64,000 bases of DNA, taken from contig CM075991.1 of NCBI GenBank assembly GCA_038087875.1, positions 11,596,001 to 11,660,000 on the forward strand. Direction: 5' to 3'. The notes beneath the pieces are model-generated. The model saw only the letters and a program-made list of their open reading frames with translations, did no database searches and had not been told where the DNA came from. This DNA is from Malacoraja senta (taxonomy: Eukaryota). The position numbers and the translations under genes were made by a program. Positions 26,306 through 38,879 of the stretch are shown one piece after another (positions within the stretch are counted from its first letter, which is position 1; every line of letters begins with the position of its first letter).

Positions 26306-27019
26306 GTGGAGGTGGAACAGCGCCAGAGACCCGGGTTCGATCCTGATCACGGGTGCTGTCTGTGCAGAGTTTGCACGTTCTCCCCGTGACCGCGTGGGTT
26401 TTCTCCCACATTCCAAAGACATCCAGGATTGTAGGTTGATATAAAATGCTGGAGTAACTCAACCGTCCGGCAACTTCACTCCAGCATGTTGTGTCTGTCT
26501 TCGGTGTAAACCAGCATCTGCAGTTCCTTTCCACAGGTTTGTAGGTTAATTGGCCTCTGTAAACTGTTCCTAGTGTGTAGGATCTCGCTCATGTGCGGGG
26601 ATCGCTGGTCGGCGCATACACGGTGGGCCGAGGGGCCTGTTTCCACGCTGTATCTCTAAACTAAACTAATAAAACATGTCAACATCCAAGAGCACAGCGC
26701 TGTGAATTCATCCCCGTTTACAAGGGCCTTTCAGCTCAGATCCAGGTGAAATCATCCGTGTTAAAGAAGGAACTGCAGATGCTGGAAAATCGAAGGTACA
26801 CAAAAATGCTGGAGAAACTCAGCGGGTGCAGCAGCATCTATGGAGCGAAGGAAACAGGTAACGTTTCGGGCCGAAACCCTTCTTCAGACTTCCGAAATCA
26901 TCCGTACTGCGTCAGTGGGTTTTTCTAATTTTTTGTCGTTTTTAGGAATTTTGCAAACCTATTTTACCGCAGAACACATAACAGAAAATGCTGGAGTAAC
27001 TGAGAGGGTCATGCAGCAT

Positions 27020-27915
27020 ATAGGGAGGTTTCACGGCAGTCGGGTCACGACCCATGACCCGTACTGTTGCTACGCTACGCCAAGTGGAGTACATGCGATG
27101 AACTGCAGGTAAGTACTTACCATTGTTTCCAGCGTAGCGGGCCCGTTAAAACCCGCCGAAATTGTCAATTTTTGCGCTGTAAATAATTATGGAAATCGGG
27201 ATAAGCGTGAGAGACATTTCGCCAACTTCAGAATTCCAAAAGTGAGGAGAAATGACGGTAGATTGAAGCGAGAGCTGAAAGGAACAACAACAGCCAGAGT
27301 GCTTGGCGAACATTGGCCGTTTGCTCACTGCATTTCATCAACCAAGGCATTATTTGTGTTTTTTCTTGATTCCTTTGGCATCTAAAAAGTTTCAGAAGGG
27401 ATAAATCTGGCTGTAAAATTTTAAAATGGCCCCTGGTTCTCAAGTGGGTTTTTACATACAAAAAGAAAACGTCCCTGAAGCAAAATTTACAACCAGATTT
27501 ATCACTTCTGAGACTTTTTAGATACAAAAGGAATCAAGAAAATACCCAAATAATGCCTTACTGTTGATGAAATGCAGTCAGCAAACGCGATAATTCCCAA
27601 TATTTTCAATTCCGATATCTGTACGGCCAATGTTCACCAAGCACTTTAACTGTTGTTGTCCCTTCAGCTCTCGCTTCTCTTTACCTTCATTTCGCTTCAC
27701 TCTTGGAATTCTGAAGTTGGGTACATGTCTCTCACACTTACCCCGACTTCCACAATCTTTGACAGCGAAAAAAATTCTACATTTTGGCGGTTTTTGACAG
27801 GTAGGAAAGTACGAGTTTCTTGCATTAATAACATATACCGGAAGTTACGGATGTCCTCCAGATGGATTGAGCGTCAAGCCCTATGACCCGGTGACCTTAC
27901 GTGCAACCCCCCTAT
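27020..27915. mobile_element. Non-autonomous foldback DNA element
   Basis: 16-bp imperfect TIRs (ATAGGGAGGTTTCACG / CGTGCAACCCCCCTAT), AT on both flanks, long internal inverted repeat; interrupts a Penelope-derived short element. Confidence 0.7.
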
Positions 27916-28444
27916 ATGGAGAACAAGGATAGGCGACGTCTCAGGTCAGGACCTGAAAAAGGGTCCAGACCCAAAACCCATGTGTGCTGCATGGCAAGTT
28001 AAATTTCACTACACCAATTGGTGTATGTTACAATAAATGTCCTTTGTCCTTTGTTTCCCCGAGTTGCTGCCTGTCCCGCGGAGTTACTCCAGCATTTTGT
28101 GTCTTTTTTGTAAATAAAAACATCCGCAGTTCCTTGTTTCTCCATTTAACTTTGTGTCTATCTTCGGTGTAAACCAGCATCTGCAGTTCCTTCCTAAATA
28201 CCACCATCACTCTGCTGACAGAGACTGGACCTCTGCTGCCCCCTGCTGCTGCTTCAGCAAGGCTGTTGAGAGGTTCCCGGAGTCTATTGTCACAAGAGGG
28301 ACCAGTTGGGTCCCCATTCCCCCAATGCAATATTCCACCAAACTGCGCATACACTGTGACGTTTTTATAGTTTAAAATGGTAATAACTTGTAAAATATAA
28401 GATCAATGTGAACGCATCTCCCTCTCCCTCTTCAGTCCCCTATT

Positions 28445-29995
28445 CAAGTCAAGTCAAGAGAGTTTATTGTCATGTGTCCCAGATAGGACAATGAAATTCT
28501 TGCTTTGCTTCAGCACAACAGAACATAGTAGGCATGACTACAAAACAGATCAGTGTGTCCATATACCATTATATAAATATATACACACATGAATAAATAA
28601 ACTGATACGGTGCAAATAAACAGATAATGGGCTAATAATCTTCAGAGATTTGTTTCAGTTGAGTTTAATAGCCTGGGTACACAAAAATGCTGGAGAAACT
28701 CAGCGGGTGCAGCAGCATCTATGGAGCGAAGGAAATAGGCAACGTTTCGGGCCGAAACCCTTCTTCAGACCCCACAGCCATCAGGCTGAGTTTAATAGCC
28801 TGATGGCTGTGGGGAAGTAGCTATTCCTGAACCTGGACGTTGCAGTCTTCAGGCTCCTGTACCTTCTACCTGAAGGTAGCAAGGAGATTAGTGTGTGGCC
28901 AGGATGGTGTGGGTCCTTGATGATGCTGCCAGCCTTTTTGAGGCAGCGACTGCAATAGATCCCCTCGATGGTAGGGAGGTCAGAGCCGATGATGGACTGG
29001 GCAGTGTTTACTACTTTTTGTAGTCTATTCCGCTCCTGGGCGCTCAAGTTGCCGAACCAAGCCACGATGCAACCGGTCAGCATGCTCTCTACTGTGCACC
29101 TGTAGAAGTTAGAGAGAGTCCTCCTTGACAAACCGACTCTCCGTAATCTTCTCAGGAAGTAGAGGCGCTGATGTGCTTTCTTTATAATTGCATCAGTTTT
29201 CTCGGACCAGGAGAGATCTTTAGAAATATGCACGCTCAGGAATTTGAAGCTCTTGACCCTCTCCACCAGTGACCCGTTGATATAAAACGGGACTGTGGGT
29301 CCCCATCCTACCCCTTCCAAAGTCCACAATCAGTTCCTTGGTTTTGTTGGTGTTGAGAGCCAGGTTATTGTGCTGGCACCATTTGGTCAGTCGGTCGATC
29401 TCTCTTCTGTACTCTGACTCGTCCCCATCAATGATACATCCCACAACAGTGGTGTCGTCGGCGAACTTGATGATGGAGTTTGCACTATGTCCGGCTACGC
29501 AGTCATGAGTATAGAGTGAGTACAGCAGGGGGCTGAGCACGCAGCCTTGAGGTGCTCCCGTGCTGATTGTTATCGAGGCTGACACATTTCCACCAATACG
29601 GACAGACTGTGGTCTGTGGATGAGGAAGTCGAGGATCCAATTGCAGAGGGATGCGCAGAGACCCAGATCTGAGAGCTTGGTAACCAGCTTGGAGGGGATT
29701 GATGGTATTAAATGCCGAGCTGTAATCAATGAATAACAGCCTGACATATGGGTTTTTGTTATCCAAGTGGTCCAGAGCGGAGTGGAGAGCCAGCGAGATC
29801 GCATCCACCGTTGATCTGTTGTGGCGGTAGGCAAACGGCAGTGGGTCCAGGTTCTTGTCGAGGTAGGAGTTGATTTGCGCCATTATCAACCTCTCAAAGC
29901 ACTTCATCACCACCGACGTTACTGCCATTGGTCGATAGTCGTTGAGGCACGTCACCTTGCTCTTCTTGGGCACCGGTATAATTGATGCCCTTTTA
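28445..29995 (-). mobile_element. Rex1/Babar-like LINE, 5'-truncated, frameshifted RT
   Basis: [44 protein letters not shown] and KKAHQRLYFLRRL spread over three frames; (CTTGA)n tail. Confidence 0.9.
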
Positions 29996-30652
29996 ATTGA
30001 TTCCCCTCCTCCATTATCCTCCCTCTCCCCTCCCTCCACCAACCCCCCTCTGCTTCCTCCCATCACCCACTCCCTCCCCACCATTACCTCGCCATCCCTC
30101 TTCCTAACCCTATCCTCCTCCATTCCCCTCATCCTCCAGCACTCCCTCCCCCTCCTCTTCACCCTCCCTCTTCTTTCCCCTCACCTCTCCCTCCCACTCA
30201 TTTCCCCTACCCTCAGTCACTCCCCTCCTCCCCCACTCCTCACCTCCCCTCACTCTCCCTCCTCCAGCTTTCCCACTTTCCCTGCAGGCCGCTACAAGTC
30301 CACAAGTAATGGTAGAATTAGGCTATTCGGCCAATTGAGTCTACTCCACCATTCGATTATGGCGGATCCCATTTTCCTGCCTTCTCCCCATAACCCTTGA
30401 CACCCGTTCTAATCAAGAATGTCTATCTCTGCCTTATTAATATCCAGTGACTTGGCCTCCACAACCCTCTGTTCCACATATTAACTACCCTCCTCACCTC
30501 CTTTCTAAAAGAGCGCCCTTTAATTCTGAGGCTATCTGATCACCTCTGAGGCTATGACCACCGCCCCACCGGCCTGTCTGCTCCCCGCACCACCGTCACC
30601 CAGTACACAAACACAGCCACAGAGGCCAAGTGACCAAAAAAAAAGAAATCCT

Positions 30653-30658
30653 TTTATT
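30653..30658 (-). terminator. DBNL: DBNL distal polyadenylation signal (AATAAA)
   Basis: AATAAA on minus followed by U-rich and GU-rich downstream sequence (ctgtggctgtgtttgtgt). Confidence 0.65.
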
Positions 30659-31947
30659 AAAAGCGAGCAGCAAAGACATTAGGCGGGTGTGAGGGTGGGT
30701 GGGTTAGTGAGTGGATGAGTGAGTGAGGATGAGCGGGAGGGTGAGTGTGAGTGAGTGGCGGGAGGGGGGGGGGGGGGGAGTGAAGCAGACAGCCCCATTG
30801 CCCGTGGTGCTGGGACCTTGCCCGCAGGTAGACAATACTTCCAATTCGGCACATGATTGTTTTTTTATTCAAAATAAATCATTAGAGAGAGAAAAAAACA
30901 AAAAAACAGGACAGGGCCGTTGATGCGATATGTGGAAAACCCAGAGACCCCCCCCCCCCCGTCACACACACCTCCCCGACCCGACCATCGACCCAAACTC
31001 AGGGGGCCGCTGTGTCCAGGGGAGCTGACGGAGGCAGCAGCAGTGGGGGGGAGGGGGGGTGGGTGCCTGACGACTGTTGATCCCACCCCCCCTCCCCATC
31101 CCCTTTGCCCCCCTCCCCCGAACAAGTAACAGGTGGAGAACATGCCAAATGCTGGAGTAACACAGCAGGTCAGGCAGCATCTCTAGTCTGAAGGGTCCCG
31201 ACCCCGACCCCGACCCCCACCCATCCGTGGTCTCCAGAGATGCTGCCTGACCCGCTGAGTTACTCCAGCACTCTGCCTTTTTTTCCGTAAACCAGCAATG
31301 CCCTCTTGTTTCCGGGTGGGGTGGGCACAGATTGTGGGAGTGGAGGGGGGAGTGTGGCGGGGTTAGGCACAAGACACTGGGGGGGGTCGGGGGGGAGAAG
31401 TTGCACGTTTGTTGGGTGGTCTGTGGTCCCAGGTGGGTGGGTGGGTGGGGGTTGAGGCTAACAGCCTGGGCTTACCCACCCTGAGCTGGCTGCAGTGCGC
31501 TGTGAGGGAGGAGCTGGTGTCCAGCTCTGGCCTGTCCACCGTTGACGGGCTGGGGGGGAGCAGGCCGGAGGTGGACACACAGCCCCCAGTGCGGCACCAC
31601 CAGGCAGGGGCTCCGGGATCGAACGTCCAGGCCCGATCGCGAGGGAGGGAGGGGGTGGAATGTGTGATGGATGGAATGGTTGGCGGAAAAACACCAAGTG
31701 TACTGGAGGGTGAGGGGTGGCTGAACATTCTCCTGCCCTCCTCATCCCGCCATGTGACTGAGAGCAGAGACCGTTCCTCCCCCTCCCCCCCCCCCCGCGT
31801 TAGAGAACAGACACCACCACTCCTAGCCGTGCCGAACACCGAGACACCGGGAGGGTGAGAGGACGAGAGCTGTAGGCACAGTGTAGCGTTGCGAGTGGTC
31901 AGCGTTGGGCCGGAGCTGGCAGCAGGGTGGGCGGTCAGGGCCGGACA

Positions 31948-32090
31948 CTATCCGGTCAGCAGCTCCACGTAGTTGGCTGGGAACATGCCGAAGGTGCCAT
32001 CGGTCGCGTAGCCCCGCCACCAGCCCTCGTCTATCTGCTCAATGTCCGAGATTATGTCGTCCGGGTCGAAGGAGATCTCCGTGCTGTCAG
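31948..32090 (-). CDS. DBNL: Drebrin-like protein, last coding exon (15): SH3 C-terminal part
   Basis: cag|[55 protein letters not shown], matching the DBNL SH3. Confidence 0.97.
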
Positions 32091-32099
32091 CTGAGTCCG

Positions 32100-32496
32100 C
32101 GAGGGGAGAGGGGAGACAGGAGAGAGGGGAGACGGGAGAGAGGGGAGACGGGAGAGAGGGGAGAAAGAAGAGGGGTGATGGGGAAAGGGAAGGGGGGGGA
32201 CAGGTGGCGGCGGGAGAGGGAGGTGGGGTAGAGGGGGCGGAGAGGGGAGGAGAGAGGGGGTGGCATGGAAAGGGGAAGTGGGTAGTGGGTGACAGAGAGG
32301 AGAGAGGTGGGGAGGGAGGAGAGGGGGTAAGGGGAAGGGAGAGAGGAGGTGGGGGGCGGGGGGAGGAAGGAGAGATGGATTAATGGGGGAGGGGAGAGAT
32401 GGGTTGAGGGGAGAAGGAGTGAGTGGGGAAGGGAGAAATGGGTTGAGGGGGGTGTGGGAGAGGGAGAGAAAGGGAGGGAGACAGGAGGTTGATGAG

Positions 32497-32532
<36 letters not shown>
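32100..32532. repeat. Purine/G-rich low-complexity tract with (GA)n
   Basis: Direct composition. Confidence 0.9.
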
Positions 32533-32535
<3 letters not shown>

Positions 32536-34241
32536 AGCACACCTGAATCTGTTAAACCTGCATTTCTACCTGCGCATTCTATTCTGCATCACTGGCCACA
32601 ACATGTTCTGCACACAACTGTCCACAATTATCCTGGAGTAAAACCATGGGGATAATCTTTTTACTTTCTGTAATCACTGGGTGTTGGGCTTCATGTGTTT
32701 CGAACCAGTTGACAGAAGAGTCAACACTAAAATTGCGAAGTTGGTTATAACAAATTACAGCAGGATCCTATTTCATTCGCACGACAATAAAGGATACTTT
32801 ACTTTATTCAGCTGGGCAAGTGGGCTGAGAAATGTTCAATGGAGTTTAATGCACTGTAAGTGTGCAGTGATACAGTTTAGTCAAACCAGGGCAGGACCAA
32901 CACGGTGAATCGGAGAGGCCTGGAGTGTTGAAGGGCCGAGGGGTCTAGGAGTGCAGGTGTATAGTTCCTTGAAAGTGGCATCACAGGTAGGTGGTCAAGG
33001 TGGCGGCTTTCGGTACATCAGCCTTCATCAATCAGCATATAAGGAAGTTGGGATGCTAGGTTCCAGTTGTACAAGGTGTAGGAGAGGCTGCACCTTTCTG
33101 AGTGCAGGAAACATGTGATCAAGCGACAACTGAGTTGGCAGGGGCAGGGCAAAGAAGGTGCTGGCTCGAAGGGCCAAATGGCCTACTCTTGCACCTATTG
33201 GCACCTGGGGAAAGAAAGGACTGATCCCCTCAGCTGCCTCTCCACACCAGGGTTATCATAGTGCGAACATCACAGTGGCTCACAAGTTACAGGAGTAGAA
33301 AGGCCATTCGGCCCATCGAGTCTACTCCGCCATTCAATCATGGCTGATCTCTGCCACCTAATCCCAGTTTCCTGCCATCTCCCTATAACCCTTGACACCC
33401 GTTCTAATCAAGAGTTTGTCTATCTCTGCTTTATAGTTGTGGAGTGGCAACTGGGAGCAGAGTTGGGGAGGTAGGAACCTCCGGACAAGGCCAGGATGGA
33501 TGTGGGGTGCCATGGAAATGGGCAGTGGGCACTCCCCATCTGCAGGCTCCACCACACAGTGAGCTGCCTTGCCAGTGCTGACTGGCCACTCAGCTGTGCC
33601 CACTCATCCTCAGAGTAGCTCCGACACCAGAGACCCTGCAACTGGTGTTGAATCTCACTGAAGCCCAAGAAAGGTTGGCACCTGGGCAAAGACCTGTGCA
33701 GGTATCAGGTCTGTGTGTTGTGCTTGGGATGCAAGATACCAGCCTATGGAGCGGACTCTTGTCCACACACACACACACACACACACGTCATATGGTCATA
33801 AGGAATAGGAGTACAATTAGGCCATTCGGCCCCTCACATCTGCTCCACCATTCAATCATGTCTGATCTACTGTATCTCTCCCTCCTAACCCCGTTCTTCT
33901 GCCTTCTCCTCCGGTTTTCATGTTTTTTGTTTTTTTTAAATCATGTTTCTTTGGGTGTCTAAATTTTTTGCTAATTAAGTTATTACATCGGATGGAAGTT
34001 GCATATCAAATCTCGTTGTACCTCTGTGCAATGACAATAAAAGATATATTATTATTATATTATATCCTTCGACACCTGTATTAATCAAGAATCTATCTCT
34101 GCCTTAAACACGGACACACAGGATCCAATTTCTCCACAGACTCTGCTCACGTCCACCAGGGACCTCGATGTCTCCTGATTATCTGCAGCTGGCTTATGTG
34201 ACCAATGGCCCTGTTGGTGTAAAGGTGGCAAATAGACCTAC

Positions 34242-34344
34242 CAGCTTGATAGTCGTATAACGCCCTGGCACACAGCCCCTGCACCGGGGTCTCTGTCGCC
34301 TCATAAATGTTCTGATCGTCAGGGAAAGCCACATCCGTCGTGAC
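34242..34344 (-). CDS. DBNL: Drebrin-like protein exon 14 (start of SH3)
   Basis: VTTDVAFPDDQNIYEATETPVQGLCARALYDYQA; AG/GT ends, phase 0-1. Confidence 0.95.
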
Positions 34345-34442
34345 CTGAGGGACAGACTGTGAGAAACAAGACGTGGTCACCTGGGAATGAATTAAACTTT
34401 TCTTCAAGTATTGACCCAGCTCCCATCTGTATGTTCCCTTCA

Positions 34443-34910
34443 CAGAAACATAGAAAATAGGAGGCCATTTGGCCCTTCCGAGCCAGCACCGCCATTCATT
34501 GTGATCATGGCTGATCGTCCCCTATCAATAACCCGTGCCTGCCTTCTCCCCATATCCCTTGACTCCACTAGCCCCTAGAGCTCTATATAACTCTCCCTTA
34601 AATCCATCCAGTGACTTGGCCTCCACAGCCCTCTGTGGCAGGGAATTCCATAAATTCACAACTGTCTGGGTGAAAACGTTTTTTCTCACCTCAGTCTTAA
34701 ATGGCCTCCCTTTTATTCTCCCCTTGGCCTCCACTGCCCTCTGTGGCTCCTGGTTCTGGACTCGCCCAAAATTGGGAACATTTTTCCTGCATCTAGCTTG
34801 TCCAGTCCTTTTATAATTTGATGTTTCTATAAGATTCCCCCTCATCCTTCTAAACTCCGGAGAATACAAGCCTAATCTTTTCAATCTTTCCTCATATGAC
34901 AGTCCCCCAT
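34443..34910 (-). mobile_element. CR1-type LINE 3' fragment
   Basis: RLGLYSPEFRRMRGNLIET...VVNLWNSLPQRAVEA motif. Confidence 0.85.
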
Positions 34911-35131
34911 CCCATCAGCAGCTCTGGCAGAGTATTCCAAATCACAAAGCCCTCGGACAATTCTGCTGCCAATTCCAAACGGCCTCTCGAGTCACTGGCC
35001 CACTGCAAACAGCTTCTCCCATCTGACTCCAGCAAAAGCCCTTCACAATCCAATACCCACGATGTCGGACATTTTGAAAACTATAAGGAAGATGATCAGT
35101 TTTCAATCTGCTTAACCCACAAATTTACTTA

Positions 35132-35532
35132 AGGGCCTGTCCCACTTTCACGACTTAATTCAAAACCTCAAGGACCTAAAAAAAAAATCATGATCGTGGT
35201 AATCTAAGAACTCCTACGACCTTCCACGACTATGTTCACGAACTCCTGTGAGTATGTCTACGAATTCCCACGACTATTTCAATGCCCTCCTTATGAGTAA
35301 AAAGTTGCAATTTCTTTCATCCCGACCATTTTTTAAACTCGTGGACATTTTTTATCAGGCTGGAAAAAACGTCCCGACTTACCTGATGCCCCGAGTACCT
35401 ATGGCTGGCATAACGGGCCGCTACAATATATCTACCAACTCCTACGACCTCCTACGGACATTCTGCGAGTTTGAATCAAGGGGAAAACTCGGGAGAATTC
35501 GTGAATTACCTCGTGAAAGTGGGACAGGCCCT
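35132..35532. mobile_element. MITE, PIF/Harbinger-like, with TTA target-site duplication
   Basis: TTA-AGGGCCTGTCCCACTTTCACGA...TCGTGAAAGTGGGACAGGCCCT-TTA (22-bp perfect TIR). Confidence 0.85.
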
Positions 35533-37229
35533 TTACTGGGGAAGCACGATGGGTTAAATGGCCAACATAAGGATGTTAGTGAGGCAATAAATATATGTGT
35601 TCATGATGTTTACATTCCACAGCACAACTAGTTTAGTTAAAATAAACATTGGGGGTTGTAAACTAAGATGAGGGCAATAAAACTGATCCGGAGTGACTTT
35701 TACTGCACCCGTTTGTTATACAAATGGAAGATAAGGTTAAAGATAACTGGGGTAAGACAAAGATGAAAGGCTACAGAGATATTGATCAATAATTAATTAT
35801 TTCAAAGTAGAATCCACATGTGACCATTGCCCCGTCAGAATATAAAAATGTTGTGGGTGCTGTGGATCTTTGAAACGCTTTGGGTTCTCTCAGAGTGTTT
35901 CCCAGTGCGTACTGTCAAGGCCTTGAATAAGCCAACTTTATCGCAAAACTCATCGCTGTTCTACGAGATGTTTTATTTTGTGTCTGTTCCTCTCTGTGTC
36001 TGTTGCTCTCAGGTGAAACATGAAATTCCCTCCTACAACCTCGATCCAATCTTAGTTTAATTTAGTTTAGAGATATAGCGCGGAAACAGGCCCTTTGGCA
36101 CAACAGGTCCGCGCCGACCAGCGATCCTGCACATTAACACCATCCTACACACATTAGGGACAATTTACATCTACACCCAGCCAATCAACCTACAAACCTG
36201 TACGTCATCTGAAGAGCAACCTCACTGCCTTGGTTAGATAACTGTGTCTAACCAAGCATTCAACTGGGAGAGAGGACGAGTGAGGGTGGCGTGCCAGAGA
36301 CATGGGGTGGCACGGTGGTGCAGTGGTAGAGTGGCTGCCTAACAGCGCCAGAAACCCGGGATCGATCCCGACTATGGGTGCTGACTGTACAGGGTTTGCA
36401 CGTTCTCCCCGTGACAGTGTGGGTTTCCTCCGGGTGCTCCGGTTTCCAGCTGGGGGCGTGGAAGGGCCTGCTTCCACCAGGGGCACCGGGGCAATGGCTG
36501 CCCTGCTGGCAGTCTGTTCGTTTTGTTATTTTTTAGTGTGTTCAATGTCTGTTTTAATGTTCTTACATTTGTTATATGTGGAGGGAGGGGGGGGGAGAGG
36601 ATCGGGGGAAACTTTTTTTCAAGTTCTTACCTTGCCGGAGATGTGATTAATTTTCGGATCACATTCTCCGGGCGCTCTGCAGCCTTCCATCGATGGAGCT
36701 GGAAGCCCCCTCGGACTGACTTTGAGCCCTATCGCAGGGTGCGGACTTAACATCGGAGCTGATCCCTTGCCTGGGATCGCTCCCACCACGGCCACCGTGG
36801 ACTTTACCATCAAACTCGCAGTCGGGAGAGGCTAGTCGGGAGCTCCAACGTCGCGGAAGGTTCGACCAGCCCCAACTCGAGGCTCGATCGTCCAGCGCGG
36901 GGGAGATGACATCCCCTCAGATGCAGGAGCTGATCGCCTCGACGCGGAGGGCCCGAAAGCCGCCGGCTGCGGGAGTCAAGATCTTCCCGTCAACAGAGGC
37001 TCGAGGCCCACGACCGAGGAAGAACTAAGGGAAGGACTTGAACTTTATTTCGTCTTCCATCACAGTGAGGAATGTGGAGGAGTCACTGTGGTGGATGTTC
37101 ATGTTAAAATGTGTTTTCGAGTGATCTGTTGCTTTTAATTGTATGACTGACCTGGCTAATGAAATTCCTCGTATGTTGCAAAACATACTTGTCAAATAAA
37201 GTGTGATTCTGATTTCTAAACTAACTTAC

Positions 37230-37366
37230 CGCGGCGACAGGCTCCGACTTCTGCTGCTCCTCTGCGTTCCCCTCCGCATCCTGATAAATGTCCTCGTGCT
37301 CCACTGTGTCCGAGTGGTGGAACTGCCAGCTGTAGCCTTCTTCACTCTGAACTTGCTCCGCTGGCG
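37230..37366 (-). CDS. DBNL: Drebrin-like protein exon 13 (acidic linker)
   Basis: APAEQVQSEEGYSWQFHHSDTVEHEDIYQDAEGNAEEQQKSEPVAA|gtaagt; phase 1-0 fits its neighbours. Confidence 0.8.
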
Positions 37367-38018
37367 CTGGTTGCCAGAACATGAGCAGAGGGAAAATCAG
37401 GTCAATAGGCAACGAGGGCAGGAATACCCAGCCACTCTCCCACCACCCCCACCACCCACTTGAAAACAGAATACTGGGGAGACTCAAGAGATCAGGCGTG
37501 TGAGCAAGGAGAAACTGAGAACATTCCAGGTCAAAGGTAGACAAAAAATGCTGGAGGAACTCAGCAGGCGAGGCTGCATCCAAGTAGAGAAGGAATAGGC
37601 GACCAGTCTGACTCTGAACACTCTCTCCCCTCTCCCATCAGACAAGAGGTGCAGAAGTGTGAAAACGCACACCTCCAGATTCAGGGGCAGTTTCTTTCCA
37701 GCTGTTATCAGGCAACTGAACCATCCACGAAAGAGCAGTCTGACCCACCAACCACCTCATTGGAGACCCATGGATTATCTTGAATCAGACTTTACCTTGC
37801 ACTAAACATGATACCCTTTCTCCTGTGTCTGTAATCACGTATAATCTTCCCACCGACTGGATAGCACGCAACAAAAAAGATTTTCCGTGTACCTCGGTGC
37901 TCGTGACAATAATAAACCAAATAGAGGTAGATAACGTTCCCTCCCGAACACAGTGCATATCACGTACAGACATACGTGCACAGATCCAGGAGCACAGACA
38001 CCTCAGCTGCTGACTTAC

Positions 38019-38102
38019 CGTTCCAGTCAGTCTGCGGCTCCTCCTTGGGCTCTGCTTCTACCCTCTCGGTTTCACTCTGCGCCTCTGCTGAGGGCTGCAT
38101 GT
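38019..38102 (-). CDS. DBNL: Drebrin-like protein exon 12 (acidic linker, symmetric)
   Basis: tttag|AC...G|gtaagt; DMQPSAEAQSETERVEAEPKEEPQTDWN; 84 bp, phase 1-1. Confidence 0.72.
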
Positions 38103-38879
38103 CTAAATACAAGGTTGGCAAACACAATGATTTCTAATCGTGTGCTGATCTGATGGGATTTGCCAAAGAAGATCAACGATCAGAGATTTACAAAGGGAAG
38201 AGGTGTGTGCGCGTGCGAGCGAGTTCATGCCCGTGTGCGTGTGCATGCGCGCGCGTGTTTGGAAAGGGTTGAAAAGCGACCACCTCTGCTCCTAGCACCC
38301 ACCGAACCAAACTCTATAAATACAATCATTCCCAGGCATGCTGTGTTTAAACTGCATTACCATGGTTACATCGCATAGGTTACATTCTCAACCTCAATTA
38401 TCAAAGTGGAGACAAAGGCCGAAAAATATCTCAAAAATGTGAATTTATAGTGGACCTTTGACAACCCACTGAGCCCTGCCTCTTTGTCGCTTGGAAAGCC
38501 CTCAGCTGGGGGCCGTGCACATCTCTGGTCCCTGTATACCCTGGTTAGAAGCCATGCAGCACTCCACATCACTGTGGCTTCTATACACAGGGGCTCCCTG
38601 GGTTACAAACCACCTGTTTTTTAACGGAAAATTGAACAACAAGCTGGAGGAACTCTGCGGATCAGGCACCATTTCTGAAGAAAAGGAATAGGTGACGTTT
38701 CGGGTCGAGACCCTACTTCAGACTTATGGAAATCCGACTATACCCAAACTCACACTTTATTACCACATTTGCTAAGCAAGTTGTGATAATAATACTACAT
38801 GGTCTCTATTAACCACTGGATACAGTATATTAGTTTAGTTAGAGGTTGGGTTTGGTGAGTATTGGATGAAAATAAAATG

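Noticed and set aside
28781..30162. An active reverse transcriptase gene
   Set aside because: 5'-truncated, frameshifted and interrupted, so a dead LINE copy.
31363..31858. 150-aa ORFs next to the DBNL stop codon
   Set aside because: GC-rich 3' UTR sequence, open on both strands by chance.
36450..37215. CpG-rich segment in DBNL intron 13 as an internal promoter or gene
   Set aside because: It truncates a SINE and ends in AATAAA plus a short GATTCT tail, which fits an unclassified retroposon 3' end better.
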